Shown one piece after another: positions 27,697 through 37,417 of a stretch of 64,000 bases of DNA. The stretch spans positions 67,612-131,611 of the forward strand of contig RDEW01000006.1 in NCBI GenBank assembly GCA_011109175.1, read 5' to 3'. This stretch comes from Dicyema japonicum (lineage: Eukaryota > Animalia > Dicyemida). A program made the translations under genes and the position numbers. Under the pieces are notes generated by a model that was not told where the DNA came from, ran no database searches, and saw only the letters and a program-made list of their open reading frames with translations. How positions within the stretch are numbered: position 1 is the stretch's first letter; each line of letters begins with the position of its first letter.

Positions 27697-28091
27697 TTCC
27701 TCCTCCACGGACAAAAAGGCAATCCTTTCTGATAAACGTGTATCCCGGGATTGTTAGAGGAGGAAGAGTGTGACAGTTTAGTCTCTTGTAAAAGACACAT
27801 GTCGACGTCGTATTTCAAGAAAGTTCTGAGTTCGAATATCTTTCCTCTCAATCCATTTATGTTGAGTTGAATAATGGTAAAAGTTTTCATTTGTCCCTGA
27901 TTAGGTTTGATGTCTCCATAGATTATTAAGAGCATTCTTAACATGTCAAATGTGTAATACAGAAAGATCCGTCCAAAAAAGACATTCTTCTTTGATTGAG
28001 ATGAGCAAATGATCATTTTTAATCTGTGACAAACTCCACAGTTGACGCCACCAGGAACTGCAAACAACATGACGCGCCCTAGTTGAACCAA
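27696..28091 (-). mobile_element. 5' end of Ingi/Vingi-like LINE: structured head, leader peptide, 2A-like motif, APE start
   Basis: LLIIYGDIKPNQGQ (degenerate GDIExNPGP) directly before IIQLNINGLRGK...LLQETKL (APE N-terminus). Confidence 0.8.
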
Positions 28092-28855
28092 GCTACCGTT
28101 TTCCTAAGTGCATAAAATTTAATAATTGAATCAAAATTTAAAAAGAAATTTTTAAATAAATTACTTTAAAATTTTTAAAATTACTGACTAAACAACTGCG
28201 GTACTTGTGTAACGATTATTTTAGTCAATACAATGCCAAGCAATCGGACTTCCAGTGGCTAGACAGGTACATCAGTGTTTGTTTGATTGGTTCAGAAGCC
28301 TCTCATATTTATCTTCGCAGATAGATAGACAGTCTTTCTGTTCAGGCATCATTACTCTCAGATGCTCTATATCTGATCTCCGACGATTCTGTTGGGAGTT
28401 GGAGAATCATCTTGATCAAAAATTGACTGGAGCACAAAGATAACAGATACGCAGGGCGCGGTGGGGGGATTCCCAGTTTACCAAAACTAACGGGTAACGT
28501 TGCTTGGTCCATCCTTAGTCATCAAATTTAATATTTGTAAGACGTTCGATAGTTATCCTGAAAATGGAATTGATAGTATTGAGCCGTTGCATTTTCAAGT
28601 AACAAATGGCCCCGAAGAACATAGTTTAATTTTTGTGCTGTCAAGGCGTTTCTCAGCAAAAATAGAAATGTAAGTGAGTCCAGCATCCAGACGTTTGAAT
28701 GTTGTTTTTAGTTGTTCTTTTTTCTGAGACATTCAAAATGAACGAAATAAATTAATCAGTAATACTAAAATTCCATCATTGATTTGTTTAATATTAATAA
28801 ATTAATTATTAATAAATTTTTTAAACTTGTTCAACCTTGTAACATTTTACTTTAG

Positions 28856-29100
28856 TGGAGTCATGTGATCCACCTGTCTCAGGTGGCTTCTAGTGCCAGG
28901 GTAACACCAAAAAGGATCATTTGCTCTTCCCCACTCCATTGGAGGCAATGAATGGACGTCTTTTACCATTTTATGGTGGTTCTTGGTGGACATAGTGACG
29001 TTGGAGGACTCTTTTTTGTAGCAGCGGAAAATGGATCACTTAATTAGTTGTATACTTTTAACTTCTTTCTCGGTGTATCTGGGGTTAATAAATAAATAAA
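28856..29100 (+). mobile_element. Bipartite non-autonomous retroelement (LINE head pseudoknot plus LINE tail)
   Basis: Colinear with 42804-43040; tail TGGATCACTTAATTAGTTG...GGGGTTAATAAATAAA is shared with LINE 3' ends at about 37420-37490 (-) and 58036-58100. Confidence 0.8.
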
Positions 29101-30354
29101 TCTTAGAAAAGTGTGAGATCTGCCTGAGGTGAGGTTAAAGTAATGGAAACATTACCTACTCCTTGCCGGAAGTGAGTCTTTTTCTTAGAAAATTTAGAAG
29201 GGGTATGACTAGAAGTTAAATCAAAATGAAAAAAATTAGAGTATGTAGGGAAATAAAGTCAGGTCTGCATAAATATGCATTTATTTGTGAGAATTATGAC
29301 ATCTCCAAAGCAAGTCTATACTGAATGAAAATGGATATGAAATAAATCCTTTATGAAGGTTGTTCTGAGAAAATTTAAGCCGCTTATAATAGGGCGGTAA
29401 AAATTGCCAAGAGTATTGAGAGGGGTAAATCTAAAATCCATTAACATTGATGCTTCATACAAAGTATGGATGACAAAAAGTATTTTGGAAATTAGTTATT
29501 TAACCAAGAAATTTGGGAAAGAAGAAAAATAGAAGATGGATAATGCAACTTGTATACTTGTATCCAATATTAAAACATCGACTAATTTTATTCCAAAAAT
29601 ACGACAAATTGCTATTGCTAAGTGAAATAACCCCAGGTTATAAACTATCAGCAAAACTGACTACATTCAGGTCAATGATGAATCCGACTTTTTCGTTGCC
29701 TATAATTGCTATTGACACGTTTTGTTGTCGACAGTCTGTCACTAGCTGCACGTGTATGTGTTTTTGTTACTAATAATAAATTTCAAGTCTCTAGAAGGAA
29801 AAGGCTGAGAAAGAATGTAACAGTCGTGTAAACCCCTTCATGAGCGGAAACAATAAAATTTAATCAATCTCATTCAAGTCGTTTTCTTTTCGATTAACTG
29901 GGGGAGTAATCGGTTACCATTCCGTTAGTACATTCATTACCTGATTTCCAAACAATCAAGTGAGCTAGCACGTGGATGACTCATACACTCTCCCTGGGTA
30001 CCTTTTCAGATCTTCGATGTCATCGTTTATGTCCGGGAAATTGAAAATATTTAGAGGGAAAGAAAACCTATATTGGAAAAACTCTATATCTGAACAGTCT
30101 TCGTTATTTCAGGGTAAAATAGGTCAACAATAATAAAAATAATTAAAATCACTTTGGTAGCGGATTCAAGTTGACTGAAAGTGGGTGAATTTTACTCCCA
30201 GACAAGTTAACTATAGAGACGTTTTTTTTTTTGCAAAAAGAGGAATTGTTTTTTTGTTAAATCCCTCTGATTTTAGCAATAATTTGATCACAAATCCTTC
30301 ATGAGTCTCTCTCTAATTAGATTATTTTTGTTAAAAATTATAACATTTTTTTGT

Positions 30355-31035
30355 TCCGCTTGAGCTCACTTTTTTAGCAGATGTACCGCCACAGCTAAAC
30401 TTCCCAAATGACACTGTTATCAGATCCGAATGACCCATCTAGAGCCTTGTACTATAACCTTGGAGTTACATTGAGGCAGTGTGTTACATTGTCGTTGATA
30501 AATCAACTCCCATCTACACTATATCTCTAATGTCCTCTTACAATGCCAATCTAGAGTCCAAGCTCAAAAGAGTATTCTTTTCCCGCTGATTCTCCCAGGC
30601 CCGTTACCCCAGCTGTGGTTTCGATAGTGCCGATTGCGACAGTGAGAATCTCGTTAGCCCATTCATGTGCGTCATCAATTAAATTACGAGGTATTTGGCT
30701 ATTTTAAGAGAGTGCTTAAGTGAATCTTTTCACGCTGACGTTCAGAGCACTAGGTAGAAATCACACTGCGTCAAACCCGTTACCGGCGATCGCACTGCTT
30801 TGTTGTTATTACAGTCAGATTCCTTTTCACAATGCCAGTTCTACTTTTGTTGTTTAATGCCTTACCCCCTATATCAAGTAATAGCAAACTATCACAACAG
30901 AAATAGAGCAATATAGGATCAATCCGTAGAGCCAATCCTTCTACCGAAGGTACAACTCTATTTTTGCCGACTTCCTTATCAGAGTTTATCTATTCACCAG
31001 AGGCTGATAACCTTGAAGACCTGCTCCGGTCATTA
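30355..31035 (-). pseudogene. 28S (LSU) rRNA internal fragment, degenerate
   Basis: Plus strand reads as the complement of conserved eukaryotic LSU blocks (CAGATGTACCGCC.CAG, CTAGAGTC-AAGCTCAA, GAATCTCGTT..CCATTCATG, TTCAGAGCACT.GG.AGAAATCAC, AGAGCCAATCCTT, TTGCCGACTTCC) with many substitutions and a deletion in helix 69. Confidence 0.9.
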
Positions 31036-31059
31036 CACCAAGACATGCGTAATTCTTTA

Positions 31060-31530
31060 ACTATAGGGTCTCAACCTTCTCCGAAGCAGAGCCTGGGTTA
31101 GTTGCTGTCGTTTTAAGGTTGGGGAGAGGATATCGACACAGGTGGTGTCCCAGGCAAGGTATTTACCACTTTCCCATGAAAAGAAAGTGGTTCCGTCCGT
31201 CTTCGGTTTGCTTGAGCAAGTTCAAGCGGCTCCAATTGGACAGGAAATCCAGCAGCCTCAAGTCTCCAAGCAATAACTCCGTTGATTGCGGCGTGTCTAA
31301 GACTCCTTCCAGCACTCATCCGGCAGGAAAGAGAGTAAAGACCTTCAGCGTCGACCATTCCTCCAAATCTACACCGATGGATATGCAAACGTCCATTCCG
31401 AGGCAGACAAAACCCCAATCCTCGTCGCGTCGTCATCCAATGGTGTCCCAAGTGAGGTGCATGATAATGCTCTGAGTCAGGCTCCGCTCTTGTTCGTCGA
31501 TGCAGAAGCCAGAACTGACCTTAAGTTTGG
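31060..31530 (-). mobile_element. CRE-like RLE retrotransposon 3' fragment
   Basis: HRCRFGGMVDAEGLYSLSC...RSLRHAAINGVIAWRLEAAGFPVQLEP; GKYLAWDTTC in an adjacent frame. Confidence 0.85.
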
Positions 31531-32583
31531 CGCTTGTCCCTGACCGCAATAGTAAGTCAGTATTAGTTAGACTGTTTTAAACTTCTAAATGTACAGAAAG
31601 TGAATTACAACTTAATAATTTAAACATAACAGATTAAATCGTATCCAAAATGGATATTTATGATCCTAATAAGATAAAAAAAACAAAAATCAAGTTTTGT
31701 CCAAGTACCTACGTCACTAAGAAAAGCTGAAAAAGTTTTAATATAAAGATCAAAAACTAGCTCCTAGAAACCATTAAAAAAGACAATGATTTAATGCTCA
31801 TTACCTCAATAAAAAGCTCAATAAGTTTGACAATTGTCGAGAGCGTCGATAATCAAGGTGTCTCCGCCAACCGTTCAGTCGTCTAGGTAGTAAATATTAA
31901 GAGGGGCCAGGATCTTCTGAATAACGTGGTCAATAGTAATGGAGAAAAAAGAGAAGTCCAATGGGATCACATTGCTAAGCAACAGACGAAGAGTCGACAA
32001 TATGATAACGGAAGACAAGCAACTATCAAATCAGTAAGAAAGAGTAAAAAGTGGCCTCACATCCATGAGGGACACCAACCCTCAGCTGGGTTAGAGACAT
32101 CTTCTCACTCAGACGGTTACATGCAAGTTTCACAGAAATCTTTGATGCAAAACATCTGAAAGAAATTCTCTATGGCAATTGGATGAATACCACCGTTATT
32201 TTAAGTAGTTTATTTTTTAATTTTTTTCATAATAAACTGACTTAAATTTTAAATAAAATTACTACGAAGTGGATATAATAATCATTGATTAATTTAAGAA
32301 ATTTGTCATTTCTCAAATTTGCCACAAAAATCACCGAAACCAAAATGGCAGATTTGAGAGAGAGATAAAAAACAGTGCCAGAAAAAAGAGGAAAGTGACT
32401 GGATTAATCTCACTTTAGCTCTTGGTAAGCAAAATGTGAAGTACTCTTCATTATGAAGACAACAAGAAACTCAATAGTTTAATGAACATAGTTCCAAAAA
32501 TAGACACACTATAAAAATACGGGTTTCCATTGTCCTGGTTGAACCCATGATTTTGTCGCAATCTAATTACTTTCTCACAAAGA

Positions 32584-33420
32584 TTGAACTCCAGCGGACC
32601 AGATAAAACTTCACAAAACTACCAGCGAAACCTGGACAATTTATTGTGCTGGAAATCATTTGGACTCCTACTGGAATCTGCCAATCAGCACCGAGGCGGT
32701 TGTTTGCTTTTGGGGGCTTCTCCTGAGAGCGGAGCTTGGCTAAATGCCATCCCAAATGGAGCTCTGGGCACGTTTCTGGATAATGAATGCGTTAGAAGTG
32801 GTATTTCTCTGCGGCTAGGACTGAAAGTATGTGCACCTCACCCGTGCCGATGTGGCATCCTGATAGACTGCTATGGCCTGTACCCTCTGCACCCTTTCGC
32901 TTGGAAGAGGAGGCTTGCAAGATCTCCAAAGCACAAGGCTCTGAATGAGATTGTCAAGCGGGCAATGGATCCTGCTGGATACTTGGTCATTATTGAACCG
33001 GTCGGGTTATGCAGAAGTGACTGGAAACGACCGGACTTATTTCCCTTTGAGGGTGGGAAAGACCTTGCTTGGGACGTGACATATACAGACTTGTTCGCCC
33101 CGAACAATCTTCACGAGTGCGCTCCAAAGCCCTGCTCTGCAGCCGTCAAGGCGGAGAAAGCAGACTAGAAAAATACGGCGACCTTTCCGATAATGTCCAA
33201 TTTGCTTTGCTATGGAGACTTCCAGATCTTACTCCCTCTACACTAGAGTTTTTCGAACGTCTCAGAACCGGATCACCTCCTGCACTAAAGATCTCCGCGA
33301 ATGCCGCTGGCTGTTTGAGCGAATTTCGCTCGCAATTCTGAGAGGGAACAGCCACGAAGTAGGGCGGCAGCTAACTAATGTTTTGTCCATATCATTTTTA
33401 ATTAAAAAATAGCCAATTCA
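32584..33420 (+). mobile_element. CRE-clade non-LTR retrotransposon 3' portion (zinc knuckle plus restriction-like endonuclease)
   Basis: SGAWLNAIP...LRLGL...HPCRCG...H.ALNEIVKRA...EPVGL..D.KRPD...GKDLAWDVT...ERISLAILRGN, followed by an A-rich tail. Confidence 0.9.
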
Positions 33421-33889
33421 CGATTTAATGAGTTTGTTTATAGTTGTTCTGCTATTTTAACGGAAACAGTTTTTTACAGCGCCTGGGAATGACCACATCC
33501 ACTGTTTCTTGGAAGCTTGATTGATACTAAAGTTTTTTGTTGTCTCTCAAAATATCACTCCAATAGTTATCTCTTGTAGATTCATGTAGGAATATCTGTC
33601 TTCTGATATTTTAATTAAAACAAACTGAAATGGAGTCACAATAACCAGGATAAGATGGCCATTCCTGTTTATGCTTATAAAGATATATATTCCATATCTT
33701 AATAATTTACAGTCAATGAGGGTGTGGTGCTCCAATACTCTCAATAGCCCCTGATTTACTTGACTCAGTTTGGAATGTAGATAAGAAAGGGATCCTTTCA
33801 AGATGCAGCCCAGGTATTTGGCGTTTTTTGCATTAAATGGATCAAATGACGTTTATATAAATTGAAGAGGAGAAGGGGAGAAAAGAAAT

Positions 33890-34235
33890 CCTCGAACAAG
33901 TAGGTGGGAATATGTAATCTTGTTCAGAACACCTGGAGCAGCTGCTTCGACTGCGGAAAACCTAAAAATCAAGAAATATTCTTGCCTCGGGGATCGCTAC
34001 CGATTTATCCTGTTGCGACCGAATCATCGGGAGCCGTTGGTCCAATGACGGCTGAATTCTTGCAAGAACTCGGAGGATTGCTTGCCAGAAAGAAAAGGGA
34101 TCAACGAGAAGGGTTATGGCTAAGACAAAAGATTGGAATAGCCATACTCCGAGGGAACTCGTTCGCAATCCACGCAGCAGGCTTCCTCAACTGACATTTG
34201 TTTAATTGTTAAAAAATATTTTTGTTAAAAAAATA
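33890..34235 (+). mobile_element. CRE-like retrotransposon 3' end
   Basis: PVATESSGAVGP...WLRQKIGIAILRGNS. Confidence 0.85.
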
Positions 34236-34972
34236 CTTCATCTCTAATAAATTTTCATAAAATTTCCTGTTAATCTTGTTGATCATTTCTGTGGCAAATG
34301 TTTTATTATTTAAAAATACATTGACAGAAGACTTAATTTCTACTAATTAAGTGGATAGTTAAACCACTGAGACTGAGTTATCAGACTTCAAAAAAGTGAT
34401 GTATATTTACAGAAAGAATTCCGTAAATAATTGATGTTAAAAACTTCAGAAGATTTCTAGTTTCTAAATATGGAGTTAAGAACGTGGGAAATGTTAACGT
34501 CAGTCTTCCAAAAAGGCGAAATTTAACGAGTAAATTTAATTTCGAATAATCACACTGCGTATTGTTTGAATACGTAAAGGAACCCCATGTTTATGTCGAT
34601 TTGTTTCCTCTACTTCTAATTAAGACAGGAACCTCCCCGAGATCCATTACTTATACTTCGTACTCTGGTGGTCCATGTCAAGGAAAGAGATCCCGAACTA
34701 CTCTCCCAGCCAGAGATGGATGATGCCATATCGTAAACGAGAAAGTTCCACTCTGACGGCCCTTAGAAGATGCAGTTCTGGGGACTTCTCTTAAAAGATG
34801 TTGGGAGAATCACTCAGGATTTATCTCCGTTCTTCACCTAGTTCCCCCACGTTATAAATAACCATAAGTATATTCCTAATGAGAGGATAAACATTCTCAA
34901 AATAACCCCAAGTTACCATATAAAGTCACTAGAAAAGACATTAATTTAATTTAGTAAAGAAATCGTTAATAA

Positions 34973-35298
34973 TTAATCGAATTTTGAGTAAAATTTATCT
35001 TTGTTTTTCATCACATAAGCACACAAATATTCGATAGGGTTTTCCGGCCTAGCAAATAGTAATGGGTTTGACTTGTCACGTGCTATCGCGGTTATTCCTT
35101 GAATTAAATTGGGAACAACTGTACAATTAATGTAGTCTCTAGTTTGCATGGATTGTAGATCCACTTTTGTAAGTTCAGAGTATTTGTTACGTTCAGCGAA
35201 TGAGATGTGCTGTTGTATTTAAATATTCCTACTTTGACAATTTCATGGATTAAATCGTTACTTTTTTCAAATTTAGGCGACTTTATTGACTGCGGACA
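34973..35298 (-). CDS. DPY30: Dpy-30 (COMPASS subunit), with introns at 35210-35232 (23 nt) and 35049-35072 (24 nt)
   Basis: KVDLQSMQTRDYINCTVVPNLIQGITAIARDK|PENPIEYLCAYVMKNK is the Dpy-30 motif. The start codon is unresolved because the nearest ATG is one base out of frame. Confidence 0.9.
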
Positions 35299-35365
35299 TT
35301 ACTGTGGTTTTAAGATTTCAATAAATTGAAAAATCAATTTTAAATATTTTATTTTGTATAACAAA

Positions 35366-36140
35366 ATGGTCTCCACCGATGTGATCGACTTTGAGTTGCC
35401 TCTCACGGTTGCAACAGAGATCAAATGGATAAGCCAATGGGTCTTACGTGCGTCGTGGCCTTTGAGTGAGCCAAATGTCTCAGTTCTTGAGGAAATGAAA
35501 CGATTTTCCGTTTATTCCTCCAGTTGCTTTATAATTGTAATTCTACAGAGTCCCCACAGTTTAATTTACAATGACGTTTTCATTAATTTTAATCAGCCTA
35601 TTATTAGTAACACACTACAATTATATTATAATAGAATTCCTTCATAATTAATGTATTTAGCGGACTCCAGTGCACACTACAGCATTGTTCAGTAGATTAT
35701 AGGAATCTCCCACGTAATGCCCATATATCTCAACGGCTCCACTATCAGTATTTGTGTGCTTAACATTTTCATTACAGAAATATCTCACAGTTTAACTTAC
35801 AATCTCGTTTTCGCTACTAAAATAGTAACCAATACTATTATTAGTAAATATTAAGACCACAATAATTTAATACATCCCCGTTTTCCTTCCCGCACTTGAA
35901 TTTTCAATTCTTATGAACGTCATTGGATTCCCCTAACTAAGGAATCCCCAAAGCCCAACTGCATCCTTATCTTCCCTGGGGTTCCTATAACGACGAATAC
36001 TCTGAAAGTCCGTTGGAAACTATACACCCCACTCTGACCCGTGGAGCGGATGAAACCTATTTCATGTATATCACTGGTTATCATAAAGTATCTCCCATCT
36101 TTAAATTCCCTCATAAAAAGAGTCAAATAATAAAACAACA
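35366..36140 (+). other. Unidentified micro-exon-rich gene or pseudogene, head-to-head with DPY30
   Basis: ATG at 35366 is followed by roughly 30-40-nt blocks alternating with 21-30-nt GT..AG segments; internal repeat CACAGTTTAA.TTACAAT at about 35555 and 35786. The full frame could not be reconstructed. Confidence 0.3.
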
Positions 36141-36155
36141 AAAAAGAAAAGCAAA

Positions 36156-37155
36156 TTACATCATAGACATAAAAAATTTATGCAGAATGCATTTACTGGC
36201 ATCATTAGTGATCCCCCTACACGCCTACAATAACAATAACCCAACCTCACAGCCACAGTAAGGCATATACTCGGCCGCACATTTATAGCGTTCCTTCAAA
36301 AACCTATACTTCAGATTGGGTTCACCCGGATCCCCATTAATTCTCAACTTATCACAGTAAAATAGATTGTCAAGAATCCTCACAACCTCAGCCGTGGTCA
36401 GATCCATTGAGCGCTCCTGCTTCATCCACTGTCCCACCTCCTCGGGGGAAAAAATGAAGCCATTTTTTCCTCATTCTTAATCACACACTAACAATACCAC
36501 TTCTTTGTACTTATTCTCAGCAAATTCGAGACACAGCTTCTTGACCAGGTCCACTAACTGATGGTTCACACTTACGTCCTCCCTTATTCCGGAAAATGTT
36601 TCCGATTGAACTGCTAAACTTCATGCTCTTTAGAAATGTACACTCGCTCTCTTTTCTACTGTAAGCATAACCCAGCCAACCTGTGTTGAAAACGCGGCAA
36701 CCACGGATCCATTCCCAGTTAGGGTCTTGAGGGATTGCTGAACATCACGTGGACGGGCACCCCTTATCTGGGTCTTGATTTCACGTGTTGTCAAACCTTT
36801 GGTCAGATACAAGACAACCGAGGCTTGTGCTTCGGCGATCATATCGAAGACCAGTTGATCGGTGTTGGAGATTTCGTATGTAGGTTGAACCTCCTTCTTA
36901 CTGAGTCGGTAATGGATAGATCCCCCAGTCATTGAGATATCAATAATTCCCTAAAATAGAATAAATGACTACTTCGGAGGTGAGCTGGTTTATAACGAAT
37001 ACAAAGTCGGTGAGTTTGTCTTGACCAACAACACCTTCGAAATCATTATGACTAATCCCATCTGGGTGTTCAGAACATACTCGGATGATTCTATCTGTGA
37101 GTTAAATGTGATACAATTCTCGAAGTGGTAAGTTTTGTTCACCTACAGATTGCAT
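36156..37155 (-). CDS. POLR3F: RNA polymerase III subunit RPC34/RPC6, mini-introns; reading frame disrupted in the middle (pseudogene or consensus indels)
   Basis: LIIRVCSEHPDGIS..INQLTSEGIIDI..GSIHYRL, DQLVFDMIAEA..GLTTREIK, DLTTAEVVRILDNLFYCDKL and a C-terminal Cys cluster follow the RPC34 layout. Indels occur at homopolymers around 36440-36620. Confidence 0.8.
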
Positions 37156-37274
37156 GACAAGAAGGAAATGATTTTAAAATCGATGTAAAATTTTATTATT
37201 ATTTAATAAATATATTCTGTTAAAATTATTACATAATTAAAACTAATTATTTTTTTATTTTAGCCACTTTAATC

Positions 37275-37410
37275 CTCCAGGGAAAGTGTCGACAACTAGT
37301 GACAAGGTGTGGTCGTATGGTAGACAGTGACTACTTGCGAGGTTCATAATGAGGTAGTTAAATGCATAATTCTGTACTTATGCCGTCAATGTGAAATTAA
37401 GAAGACTTGG
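37275..37410 (+). mobile_element. R4/Dong-like fragment
   Basis: KSVDN.VTRCGRMVDSDYLR-HNEVVKCI. Confidence 0.65.
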
Positions 37411-37417
37411 CGATATA

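Noticed and set aside
30680-31530. rDNA-targeted insertion of the CRE-like element next to the 28S fragment
   Set aside because: The R2 target region (about 30690-30712) is uninterrupted, and 28S sequence does not resume beyond the element, so the adjacency looks incidental.
36960-37188. Plus-strand exon-like frame (INDYFGGELVY...)
   Set aside because: It is the antisense shadow of the POLR3F 5' exons.
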